In this document: positions 26,632 to 35,144 of the stretch, piece after piece | How the letters are laid out: every line of letters begins with the position of its first letter | How positions within the stretch are numbered: the stretch's first letter is position 1 | Program-made: the position numbers and the translations under genes | Notes under the pieces: model-generated | Databases searched by the model: none | Told to the model about the DNA's origin: nothing | The model's input: only the letters and a program-made list of their open reading frames with translations | NCBI GenBank assembly: GCA_001791995.1 | Contig: MGFR01000001.1 | Location: 242,638 to 306,637, forward strand | Origin: Candidatus Woesebacteria bacterium RBG_13_46_13 | Lineage (GTDB): Bacteria; Patescibacteriota; Microgenomatia; UBA8517 | DNA length: 64,000 nucleotides | Direction: 5' to 3'

Positions 26632-29049
26632 ATGATTGAAGAAGCAACAGTGATCAGACGGGTGCCGATAGTTGCGGTCAGGGGTTCCGTAATTTTTCCC
26701 CATACGGATACGCTTTTGTCTTTCGGCAGACCCAAATCCACAGCCGCCATCAATACCGCTTTCCAGGAAGACAGGGTGATAGCAATATTTACCCAGAAAG
26801 ACGCTAGAACCAGTGACCCGATGGAGGAGGATCTTTATAAAGTCGGGACCATTGCCACTATTACGCAGATGATGTCCACCGAAGGGGAGATTCATGCCCT
26901 GGTGCGGGGACAGGCAAGGATCAAAATAGAAGAGATAATCTCCAGCGAGCCATATCTTCTGGGTAAGGTCATCGAGCTTAAAGAGGAAGAAGGGGAGGCC
27001 GATGAGGTCAAAGCTTTGGCCAGTCAGCTCGCGGATCTATTTAAAAAAGCCATAAATTTAGGTAAACAGGCGGAGATTATGGCCGTGATGCGGCTTATTT
27101 CCGGTCCGGTTGAGCCGATGGAGCTGGTCGATCAGGTTGCGGCCCTCTTGGAGGTCAAAACCGTTGAAAAACAGAAGCTTCTGGAAACCCTTTCGGTCAA
27201 GAAAAGAATGCAAAGGGTCTTGGAGCTTATTGCCAAAGAGGTCAATATCTTGGATTTGGAAAGGACCATCTCCAGCAAAACCCAGCAAAGATTCGAGGAT
27301 CAGATGCGCAAAGCCATGCTCAGGGAGAAGAAAAGAACAATCGAAGAGGAGCTCGGTGAGGAAGAAGGCGAGCTTTCCTCCGATGAGGCCAAGGAATACA
27401 AGGAAAAGATAGTCGAGGCCAAGATGCCCAAGGATGTCCGCGAAAAGGCGGAAAAAGAGCTCAAAAAACTAATCCAGCTTTCTCCCCATAATCCCGAGGG
27501 AGGTTATATCCGAAACTACCTCGACTGGTTGGTCGATATGCCCTGGGCCAAGCTTACCCCGAATAATGTCTCCATCAAAAATGCCGCCAAAATTCTTGAG
27601 GATAGGCATTACGGCATGAAGAAAGCCAAAGAAAGAATCCTCGAGTTTTTGGCCGTCATGAAGATTAAGCAAGCCGTTAAGGGCAAGGGAAACAATGAGA
27701 GTCAGCCGACAATTCTCTGCTTTATCGGACCTCCCGGAGTAGGTAAGACCTCAATCGGCAAATCCATAGCCGAGGCATTGGGTAGAAAGTTTGTCAGGGT
27801 TTCTTTGGGAGGAATCAGAGACGAGGCGGAGATAAGAGGCCACAGGCGCACTTATGTTGGTGCCCTTCCGGGAAGAATAATCCAGGGAATCAAAAACGCC
27901 GGTACAAAAAATCCGGTCTTTATGCTGGACGAGATAGACAAAATCGGGGTTGACTTCAGGGGAGACCCCTCAAGTGCTCTTCTGGAAGCACTGGATCCCG
28001 AACAGAACAGGGAATTCTCCGACCACTATTTGGAGGTTCCTTTCGATTTGTCCGAGGTGATGTTTATCGCCACCGGCAACATGCTGGATACAATCCCGCC
28101 CGCCTTAAAAGACAGAATGGAGATTATCGGTTTTCCGGGCTACACCGAGGAAGAAAAATTGCATATCGCCAAGGATTTCCTTTGGCCAAAACAGGTCAGG
28201 CTGCACGGATTGGAAAGCAAGAAAATGGTGCTTGCCAAGGCGGCTATGTCCGAAATTGTCAACCGCTATACCCGGGAAGCCGGGGTTCGCGAGCTGGAAA
28301 GAAACCTGGCCTCGATCTGCCGCAAGGTGGCCAGAATGGTTGCCGAAGGCAAAAAGCCTACCAAGAAAATAGGGGTGGAGGATATCCATAAATTCCTAGG
28401 CCCACAGAAATTCTCTTCCTTAATTGCCGAGAAACAGGACGAAGTGGGAATGAGCACCGGCCTGGCGGTAACCGCAACCGGAGGAGAAATTCTCTTTATC
28501 GAAGTTGCCTTAATGCCGGGTAAGGGAAAGCTCACCCTGACCGGACAGCTGGGAGAGGTTATGCAGGAATCGGCCAAGGCGGCCTTCACCTGGGCCAAAG
28601 CCCACTTCGATATGCTGGGGCTTAAAAGTAATTTCGGACAAGATATCGATGTCCATATTCATGTTCCCGAAGGCGCTGTTCCCAAAGACGGGCCGTCGGC
28701 AGGCAATGCGATAACCACAGCCCTAGTTTCGGCCTTAACGGGGATACCGGTCAAGAGAAACGTGGGAATGACAGGGGAGATTACCTTAAGAGGTAGAGTT
28801 TTGGAGATCGGCGGAGTAAAAGAGAAGGTAATTGCGGGCCACAGGGCTGGGCTTAAGACGATAATTCTTCCCAAAGACAACAAGAAGGATTTGGAAGATA
28901 TCCCCGAGGCAGTCAAGAAGGATATTAAATTTGTCTATGTTTCAAGAATCGAGGAAGTGCTTTCAACCGCGATGAAAGCCTGGCCACCGAAAGGGACGGT
29001 CAATCAGAAAAAGTTCACCCCGATTCCCACCCTGCTTGCCGCAAATTAG
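26632..29049 (+). CDS. lon: ATP-dependent Lon protease (LonA)
   Basis: 805 aa. N-terminal LON domain, Walker A GPPGVGKTS, C-terminal protease domain with catalytic S (PKDGPSAG) and K. Confidence 0.93.
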   Translation: MIEEATVIRRVPIVAVRGSVIFPHTDTLLSFGRPKSTAAINTAFQEDRVIAIFTQKDARTSDPMEEDLYKVGTIATITQMMSTEGEIHALVRGQARIKIEEIISSEPYLLGKVIELKEEEGEADEVKALASQLADLFKKAINLGKQAEIMAVMRLISGPVEPMELVDQVAALLEVKTVEKQKLLETLSVKKRMQRVLELIAKEVNILDLERTISSKTQQRFEDQMRKAMLREKKRTIEEELGEEEGELSSDEAKEYKEKIVEAKMPKDVREKAEKELKKLIQLSPHNPEGGYIRNYLDWLVDMPWAKLTPNNVSIKNAAKILEDRHYGMKKAKERILEFLAVMKIKQAVKGKGNNESQPTILCFIGPPGVGKTSIGKSIAEALGRKFVRVSLGGIRDEAEIRGHRRTYVGALPGRIIQGIKNAGTKNPVFMLDEIDKIGVDFRGDPSSALLEALDPEQNREFSDHYLEVPFDLSEVMFIATGNMLDTIPPALKDRMEIIGFPGYTEEEKLHIAKDFLWPKQVRLHGLESKKMVLAKAAMSEIVNRYTREAGVRELERNLASICRKVARMVAEGKKPTKKIGVEDIHKFLGPQKFSSLIAEKQDEVGMSTGLAVTATGGEILFIEVALMPGKGKLTLTGQLGEVMQESAKAAFTWAKAHFDMLGLKSNFGQDIDVHIHVPEGAVPKDGPSAGNAITTALVSALTGIPVKRNVGMTGEITLRGRVLEIGGVKEKVIAGHRAGLKTIILPKDNKKDLEDIPEAVKKDIKFVYVSRIEEVLSTAMKAWPPKGTVNQKKFTPIPTLLAAN

Positions 29050-29086
29050 TTTTTTAGCCTCAAACCTGATAGAATAACCCTACCGC

Positions 29087-29159
29087 GGCCCCATCGTCTA
29101 GCGGTCTAGGACACTAGGTTCTCATCCTAGAAACCTGGGTTCGAGTCCCAGTGGGGTCA
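29087..29159 (+). tRNA. tRNA-Glu (anticodon CUC), CCA not encoded
   Basis: Cloverleaf GGCCCCA|TC|GTCT-AGCGGTCTA-GGAC|A|CTAGG-TTCTCAT-CCTAG|AAAC|CTGGG-TTCGAGT-CCCAG|TGGGGTC|A. The D-arm TCGTCTAG.GG..TAGGACAC is typical of bacterial tRNA-Glu. Confidence 0.85.
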
Positions 29160-29444
29160 CACATTTGGATTCTGCAGAATTTTTATGGCTTTACCGAGGA
29201 CAATAGCTTCCGCAATTTTTTTGTGAGCACTGCCTATTACTCGGGCGAATGTGGGCTGAGAAATTTTCATTTTCTCCGCCGAGCCAATTTGATCTAATCC
29301 ATCAACTTCATATAACTTCAAGGCCTCAAGCTCATCTGGCTCAAGAACTACTTCTTCTAGGAAACGCAAAGGAACCCCCCGAGGTTTGAAGTAGTAAACA
29401 TCAGGATTATACCGAAGTCTGCGGGGAATTTTTGGTCTTGGCAT
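29157..29444 (-). CDS. DUF134 (UPF0251) predicted sigma-70-region-4-like DNA-binding protein
   Basis: 95 aa. MPRPKIPRR...YFKPRGVPLRFLEEVVLEPDELEALKLYEVDGLDQIGSAEKMKISQPTFARVIGSAHKKIAEAI matches the DUF134 family pattern. Confidence 0.7.
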   Translation of the reverse strand: MPRPKIPRRLRYNPDVYYFKPRGVPLRFLEEVVLEPDELEALKLYEVDGLDQIGSAEKMKISQPTFARVIGSAHKKIAEAIVLGKAIKILQNPNV

Positions 29445-29460
29445 AGGGATCTCCTTAACC

Positions 29461-29703
29461 TTACTTACTTAGTTCTTCCTCTTCCTTTTTTACATCCTCA
29501 AGTTCTTCTTCGAGAGCCTTTTTATAATCGGCAAGAACTTTTCTTTGGTCCTGCCTATCCTGCGGCCACGCCCAACGAAAATATCTACCCAAACCCCTAT
29601 TGTGATGGTGCAAGTGAGCTGGTCCGAAACCAAAACAAGGACCAAATCCTCTTCCGGTACCCGGTCCCATTCCCATCGGTCCTGCTCCGTCAAATTTTGG
29701 CAT
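29461..29703 (-). CDS. DUF5320-family small protein (Gly/Pro-rich N-terminus, coiled-coil acidic C-terminus)
   Basis: Start chosen at the internal ATG at 29703 (MPKFDGAGPMGMGPGTGRGFGPCFGFGP), which has a strong SD (ggaggggg). This is the typical DUF5320 N-terminus and a conserved partner of DUF134 genes. The 116-aa upstream extension lacks an RBS. Confidence 0.6.
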   Translation of the reverse strand: MPKFDGAGPMGMGPGTGRGFGPCFGFGPAHLHHHNRGLGRYFRWAWPQDRQDQRKVLADYKKALEEELEDVKKEEEELSK

Positions 29704-29926
29704 ATTTCTCACCCCCTCCGTAAGTAATAATGAATACTTATTCAGTATATGAGGTGTTTTGGGCTTTGTCAACAAATGCGGACAAAATTGAAGTTCGAGG
29801 AATCTTCCCACAAATCTCTCAATACAGCCACAAATCTACTAATCTGAAAGTTCGGGTAACGTAATCGTGGGTCACCGGATACCTTTTCTGCAAAAATTGG
29901 TTTCAAGGAGTAGAATATAGTTACTT

Positions 29927-29942
29927 GCCCGAGATATCGGGC
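29927..29942. promoter_or_regulatory. 16-bp perfect palindrome GCCCGAGATATCGGGC in the divergent intergenic region
   Basis: Perfect dyad around an EcoRV-like GATATC centre, followed by ATTTTT and a TTGACA -35 at 29956-29961, 53 nt upstream of the membrane-gene ATG. Confidence 0.4.
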
Positions 29943-29994
29943 ATTTTTGTGCACCTTGACAATCCCGTCACAGATTCGCCACAAGGAGGGCGAG

Positions 29995-30489
29995 ATGAAG
30001 AAAGAATGGCTCTATTATGTGCCGATCGTACTCTACGGGGTCATCTGGTTCTGGATCTTTTCGGCAAGCGCCAGGGCTGGGTGTAGCGAAAACGATCCCA
30101 TGGTGGGACTTTCGGGCCTGTGTCTGGCGCGGCGCATTGCGGGCATGAGCTGTTTTGCGATCTATCTCGGCGTCTGGACCTTCCTCGGTATCCATGTTGC
30201 CATGGGCAAGGGCCGGAATCCCATCATGGGCGCCATTGTGGGATTTACGCTGCAGTTCATGGGCTGTCTCGGTATGATGATGATGGAGCCCAGGCGGGAC
30301 AACGCAGGGCAGATGATGCACTGGAATGAGTACAAGCATCTGACGAAGGAGCAACGCGAAGCCATTCGTCCCGTGAAGGTTCCGGACACTCCTCAAGACA
30401 AAAGGAGGAAAAAGATCGTTATCGCGATCGCCATTTTCACCGTCCTGGTGATGGTATTCCAAGTTCTGAAAAACCTGGGGAAAATCTGA
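29995..30489 (+). CDS. hypothetical membrane protein (GC-rich gene)
   Basis: Start at the ATG at 29995 preceded by AAGGAGGG. 164 aa with four TM helices; visibly higher GC than neighbours. The same-length antisense ORF (29968..30510 minus) is regarded as a high-GC shadow ORF. Confidence 0.5.
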   Translation: MKKEWLYYVPIVLYGVIWFWIFSASARAGCSENDPMVGLSGLCLARRIAGMSCFAIYLGVWTFLGIHVAMGKGRNPIMGAIVGFTLQFMGCLGMMMMEPRRDNAGQMMHWNEYKHLTKEQREAIRPVKVPDTPQDKRRKKIVIAIAIFTVLVMVFQVLKNLGKI

Positions 30490-30502
30490 TGACAAGGTGC
30501 GG

Positions 30503-30543
30503 GGGCACATACCTGACGCAAGTTAAGGGTGTGCCCTCTTTTT
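30503..30543 (+). terminator. rho-independent terminator after the membrane gene
   Basis: Stem gggcaca/tgtgccc at 30503-30509 and 30530-30536, followed by TCTTTTTAT. Confidence 0.6.
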
Positions 30544-30564
30544 ATGCGCGCTAGGCACATTTTC

Positions 30565-30593
30565 TTGACAAAAAGGTTTAAGCAGTCTAAAAT
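30565..30593 (+). promoter_or_regulatory. near-consensus sigma70 promoter of greA
   Basis: TTGACA (30565-30570), 17-nt spacer, TAAAAT (30588-30593). Confidence 0.6.
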
Positions 30594-30675
30594 TCTCTTT
30601 CAGTTGGTAAATTCTACTCTTTCCCCCGCAAGGGGATATTTTTTTACCACACACGGCCGAAAATCGGCGAAAAAT

Positions 30676-31137
30676 ATGGCAAAACAGGTTCAAATGACGA
30701 AGGAAGGCATCGAGACCTTAAGAAAAGAGCTTGACGAGTTGGTCAATGACAAAAGACCAAAACTTGTCGAGCGGCTTGCCAATGCCAGACAGCAGGGAGA
30801 CCTAACCGAAAACAGCGATTATGCCAACGCCAAGGAAGAACTGGAATTTCTCGATGGCAGAATTGATGAGCTGGAAGACGTTCTTAAAACTGCAACCGTG
30901 GTTAAGGCCAACGGCAAAGCACAGGGTGTAGATATCGGTGCGAGGGTTACGGTTAAGGTCAACGGGGACAGACATATTTTTGATATCGTCGGCGAATGGG
31001 AAGCGGACCCGGTCAACAAGAAAATTTCTCCGGAATCTCCTTTGGGACAGGCTTTGGTCGGCAAAAGAGTGGGAGATAAAGTCGAAGTTGAAGCTCCGGC
31101 AGGAAAACTCAAGTACGAAATCCTCGCAATCGAGTAA
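30676..31137 (+). CDS. greA: transcription elongation factor GreA
   Basis: Start set at MAKQVQMTKEGIETLRKELDEL (internal Met of the 202-aa ORF, downstream of the promoter). 153 aa with an N-terminal coiled coil and a C-terminal FKBP-like domain. Confidence 0.85.
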   Translation: MAKQVQMTKEGIETLRKELDELVNDKRPKLVERLANARQQGDLTENSDYANAKEELEFLDGRIDELEDVLKTATVVKANGKAQGVDIGARVTVKVNGDRHIFDIVGEWEADPVNKKISPESPLGQALVGKRVGDKVEVEAPAGKLKYEILAIE

Positions 31138-31161
31138 CCCCTTTGCTACAATAGCCTCAAG

Positions 31162-32733
31162 GTGTATTGGGCAGACAAGATAGCCAAAGAGATTATCGCT
31201 TCGGGAAAATATAAACCCTTCTGGGTTGATGATATGAAGACTCCCTCGGGTTTTGCCCACGTAGGCTCCCTAAGGGGTCCTCTTATCCACAGCGTCATCT
31301 TCAGAGCCATGAAGGATGCCAGTAAAGGAAAGGTCGTCTATACCTTTGTTTTTAACGATTTTGACCCGGCCGATGAGCTTCCCCCGGAGTTTAAAGACGG
31401 GCTTTCCCAATATCTGGGTTTCCCTTTAAAGAAAGTTCCCTCTCCAAAAAAGGAATTCGCAAACCTCGGTGATCTTTTGGTCGATGATTTGAGAAAAACC
31501 ATGGAGGCCTTGGGGGTTGAAGCGGAGTTTCTTTCTTCCTGGGAGCTTTACCACGAAGGAAAATTTGATGCGGTGATAAGAGAGGCTCTGGATAGTGCCG
31601 AAAAAATTCAGGACATTTATCAGAAAGTCTCGGGAAGTAAAAAAAGAGAGAAAGGCTGGTTGCCATTTCAGGTTATTTGCGAGGGCTGCGGCAAGCTCGG
31701 CACGACCAGGGTTTTTGCCTGGGACGGCAAGGAAGTTTCCTATAAATGTGAACCCAATCTGGTTACCTGGGCCAAAGGATGCGGACACGAAGGGAAAATT
31801 AGCCCCTTCGGAGGCAACGGCAAGCTTCCCTGGAAAGTCGATTGGGCCGCCCACTGGAAAGTAGTGGGGGTAACGATAGAGGGTGCAGGCAAAGACCATG
31901 CATCCGCCGGGGGTTCGTACGATATTGCTATGACCCTTTGCGACGAAGTATTTCACTACCCCCGGCCCTATAAATTGCCTTACGAGTTTTTCCTGATAGG
32001 GGGAAGGAAGATGTCTTCCTCAAAGGGCTTGGGACTTAAAGCCCACGATTTGGTTAAAATTCTGCCTCCCGAGTTGGGGAGATTTCTTTTCACCCGGACC
32101 GACTACAGGCAGCAGATTAACTTTGACCCCATGGAAACGATGGCGATTCCCGACCTTTTTGACGAATACGATAAGTGCTGGCAAGCCTATATCGAGGGGT
32201 CCGATGAGGATTTAGCCAGAGCCTTTGAACTGGCTCAGATAAAAAGCGTTCCGGAGAAAACTTCCATGTTTTTACCCCGCTTCAGAGAGGTTGCGCAGGT
32301 AATACAAATGCCCAATACGGAGCCTGAAACCTATTTTGCAGAGAAAAAGGGAGAGAAGTTGGAAAATACAGAGGATGAGATTCTTAAAGAGAGAATCATA
32401 TATGCAAAAGTCTGGGTCGAGCAGTATGCTCCAGAGACAGAAAGATTTAAGGTCGAAACCCACACGAAAACAATTTCTACCCAAGCCCATATCGTCGAGT
32501 CGGATCAAGTGTTTTTCTCAAAGCTGGTAAAGGCTATCCAAGAAGAAAAAACACCCGATGGGCTGGAGAAAACCCTTTACACAATCATCAAGGAATCAGG
32601 ATTTACCCCCAAAGAGGCTTTTGTAAAAATCTACCGGGTGCTAATCGGCAAGGATTACGGACCCAAGGCCGCCTGGCTTATCTGGGAGAGTAAAGAGAAA
32701 GCACTTACCCTTTTTAAGGAGGTTTCAAAGTGA
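31162..32733 (+). CDS. lysS: lysyl-tRNA synthetase, class I (archaeal-type LysK)
   Basis: 523 aa. HIGH-like TPSGFAHVGSLRG, KLPWKVDWAAHWKVV, AGKDHASAGGS and the KMSKS variant KMSSSKG match class-I LysRS (compare Borrelia LysS). Confidence 0.8.
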   Translation: MYWADKIAKEIIASGKYKPFWVDDMKTPSGFAHVGSLRGPLIHSVIFRAMKDASKGKVVYTFVFNDFDPADELPPEFKDGLSQYLGFPLKKVPSPKKEFANLGDLLVDDLRKTMEALGVEAEFLSSWELYHEGKFDAVIREALDSAEKIQDIYQKVSGSKKREKGWLPFQVICEGCGKLGTTRVFAWDGKEVSYKCEPNLVTWAKGCGHEGKISPFGGNGKLPWKVDWAAHWKVVGVTIEGAGKDHASAGGSYDIAMTLCDEVFHYPRPYKLPYEFFLIGGRKMSSSKGLGLKAHDLVKILPPELGRFLFTRTDYRQQINFDPMETMAIPDLFDEYDKCWQAYIEGSDEDLARAFELAQIKSVPEKTSMFLPRFREVAQVIQMPNTEPETYFAEKKGEKLENTEDEILKERIIYAKVWVEQYAPETERFKVETHTKTISTQAHIVESDQVFFSKLVKAIQEEKTPDGLEKTLYTIIKESGFTPKEAFVKIYRVLIGKDYGPKAAWLIWESKEKALTLFKEVSK

Positions 32734-33320
32734 TTACGCGAGAGCAAGCTCTAAAACTTCTTCACGACAATATGGATTCTGCCAATTTAAGACGGCATTG
32801 CTATTCTGTCGAGGCGGTAATGAAAGCTTTGGCGAAGTATTTCAAGCAGGACGAGGCCAAATGGGCAGTTGTGGGACTTTTGCACGACAGTGATTACGAA
32901 AAAACAAAAGACACTCCGGAAAAGCACACTCTTCTGACCGTGGAATGGTTGAAGGAGGCAGGGGAGGGCGACCCGGAAATTATTTCCGCGATTCTTTCCC
33001 ATAACTACGCGCATTTGGTCGAGCCGGATATAGGCAACAGTACCGCCAAGGCTCCGGCAAACGAAATGGAATGGTCGCTTTATTGCTGCGACGAACTCAC
33101 CGGTCTTATCGTTGCCGTTGCCCTAGTCAAACCGGACAAGACTTTGGCGTCAGTTACCGTAGATTCCGTAATGAACAAATGGAAGGAGAAAAGCTTTGCC
33201 GCGGGGGTAAAAAGGGAACAGATAGAAAAGTGTGAGGAAAAACTTAATATTCCTTTAAGGGAATTTGTTGGAATTGCCTTAGAGGCGATGCAGGGAATTT
33301 CTGTGGATTTAGGATTATAA
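32730..33320 (+). CDS. HD-domain phosphohydrolase
   Basis: 196 aa. The H...HD motif (RRHCYSVEAV...GLLHDSDYE) is typical of the HD/HDIG superfamily. Confidence 0.7.
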   Translation: MITREQALKLLHDNMDSANLRRHCYSVEAVMKALAKYFKQDEAKWAVVGLLHDSDYEKTKDTPEKHTLLTVEWLKEAGEGDPEIISAILSHNYAHLVEPDIGNSTAKAPANEMEWSLYCCDELTGLIVAVALVKPDKTLASVTVDSVMNKWKEKSFAAGVKREQIEKCEEKLNIPLREFVGIALEAMQGISVDLGL

Positions 33321-33327
33321 TCTGATT

Positions 33328-34560
33328 ATGTTAGATATCACTTTTGTCCGAGAAAACAAGCAAAAAGTTAAAGACGGAGTTGCCGCAAAACAGCTTGATC
33401 CCAAGATAGTTGATGAGGTTTTGTCTCTGGATGAAAAAAGGAGAAAGCTGATCGGCCAAATTGAGGAGTTGCGTGCAAAAAGGAATAAGGCGGCTGGAGA
33501 AAAGGATATAGCAGCGGGTAAGGCAATTAAAGAAGAGTTAAAAGATAAGGAACCAGAGCTTACGAAGATAGAGGCGGAATACAAAAAGACTTTGTCGGAA
33601 ATTCCCAATCTTCCGGCTGAAGATGTCAAAGAAGGCAAAGACGAGAGGGAAAATGAAGTGGTTAGAAAATGGGGCGAGGTTAAAAAACACGGCTTTACAC
33701 CCAAAGACCACCTGGCCCTCGGTGAGGCTTTGGGGATTATCGACATTGAGAGAGCTTCAAAGGTTTCCGGTGCACGCTTTGCCTACCTGAAAGGCGATGC
33801 GGTTCGGCTGGAATTCGCCCTGATTCAGTTTGCCCTCGAAACACTCTGTGCCCAAGGCTTTATCCCGGTTGTTCCGCCAGTTCTCATCAAGAAAGACATG
33901 ATGGGAGGAATGGGTTATTTGGAGCACGGCGGAGAAGAGGATATGTATGTTTTCGACAAAGACGGACTGGTTTTGGTTGGAACCTCGGAGCAATCCCTTG
34001 GTCCGATGCATGCTGGGGAAGTCTTTGACGGCAAGACCCTGCCGGCCCGTTATGTCGGATTTTCTTCCTGTTTCAGGCGCGAATCCGGCTCCTACGGAAA
34101 AGACACACGGGGAATCTTAAGGGTTCATCAGTTCGATAAAGTCGAAATGTTTTCATTCATCCTGCCGGAAGATTCCGACAAAGAGCATGAATATCTCTTG
34201 GGTCTGGAAGAGAAATTCCTGCAAGCTTTGGAAATTCCATATCAGGTTGTAAAAATGTGCTCCGGCGATTTGGGTGCACCGGCCGCCAGGAAGTACGATT
34301 TGGAAGCTTGGATGCCAGGACAGGATACCTACCGTGAAGTCACCTCCACCTCAACAACAACGGATTATCAGGCCAGACGCCTAAACATCAAATATAAAGA
34401 GGGGGATAAAGGGGGGTATGTGCATACCCTAAACGGAACAGCTTTTGCCATCGGCCGAACAATTATTGCCATATTGGAAAATTACCAGGAGAAAGACGGC
34501 TCGGTTGTCGTTCCCGAAGTTCTCCGCAAGTGGGTAGGGAAGGATAAAATTACTGCCTAA
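33328..34560 (+). CDS. serS: seryl-tRNA synthetase
   Basis: 410 aa. N-terminal coiled-coil arm and class II motifs (FRRESGSYGKDTRGILRVHQF, GDLGAPAARKYDLEAW, NGTAFAIGRTI). Confidence 0.92.
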   Translation: MLDITFVRENKQKVKDGVAAKQLDPKIVDEVLSLDEKRRKLIGQIEELRAKRNKAAGEKDIAAGKAIKEELKDKEPELTKIEAEYKKTLSEIPNLPAEDVKEGKDERENEVVRKWGEVKKHGFTPKDHLALGEALGIIDIERASKVSGARFAYLKGDAVRLEFALIQFALETLCAQGFIPVVPPVLIKKDMMGGMGYLEHGGEEDMYVFDKDGLVLVGTSEQSLGPMHAGEVFDGKTLPARYVGFSSCFRRESGSYGKDTRGILRVHQFDKVEMFSFILPEDSDKEHEYLLGLEEKFLQALEIPYQVVKMCSGDLGAPAARKYDLEAWMPGQDTYREVTSTSTTTDYQARRLNIKYKEGDKGGYVHTLNGTAFAIGRTIIAILENYQEKDGSVVVPEVLRKWVGKDKITA

Positions 34561-34568
34561 GTCTAATT

Positions 34569-35144
34569 ATGGTTGAGGCGAAATTCAGAATTTCCCCGCC
34601 CGAACGAAAAAATCTTGAAGATAAGTTCTTCGCAATGTTGTTTTTGCCGAAGTTTCAGGAAGCCCTTACGGCATGTGCAGAAAAAACAACAGAGACAGGG
34701 CTAGAGACGGGATTTGAAGTAGTTTCTTACCCCAAAGAGCCCTTTTGGATAGAAGATGTCAGGGTTGGAGGGGTCGACGGAATGGCAATGTCCAGGGTTT
34801 TTAAAGAAATAGACGGGGAAGGAGAGCAGGGATATAAATTCGGCGAGTATTTCCATTTCCATTTTCATCCGGGAAGCAAAGACCTGGCCATTCCTTCCCC
34901 TGACGACCTTAAGGCCTTTCAGGATAAAGTAGATCAACCCCAATACATGGGAGTCGGCAGTGTGGACGATGACGGGAAAATAACCATTTTTGTCATTAAA
35001 AAACCGCAATACCGGCTAATCGGATACGATATGCAGTATTACGAAGAACAAGTTGACGGAGTGGGTAGCTACGGAGAACTCCAAGAACTTCTGCAAACAA
35101 TTTCGCTGACCGGTTTTGTTGTTGAGGTGAAAACTACTTCTTAG
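34569..35144 (+). CDS. hypothetical protein (weak JAB/MPN-like HxH...S..D motif)
   Basis: 191 aa. HFHFHPGSKDLAIPSPDD is reminiscent of a JAMM motif but the spacing is atypical. No confident assignment. Confidence 0.35.
   Translation: MVEAKFRISPPERKNLEDKFFAMLFLPKFQEALTACAEKTTETGLETGFEVVSYPKEPFWIEDVRVGGVDGMAMSRVFKEIDGEGEQGYKFGEYFHFHFHPGSKDLAIPSPDDLKAFQDKVDQPQYMGVGSVDDDGKITIFVIKKPQYRLIGYDMQYYEEQVDGVGSYGELQELLQTISLTGFVVEVKTTS

Noticed and set aside
29968-30510. 180-aa antisense ORF mirroring the GC-rich membrane gene
   Set aside because: Same shadow-ORF reasoning. The plus-strand gene has an SD (AAGGAGGG), an upstream TTGACA and a downstream terminator in the correct orientation.
30529-30675. 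Long 5' extension of greA (the 202-aa ORF starting at 30529)
   Set aside because: The extension covers the terminator of the upstream gene and a consensus TTGACA-17-TAAAAT promoter, and has no GreA homology. The GreA N-terminus (MAKQVQMTKEG...) begins at 30676.
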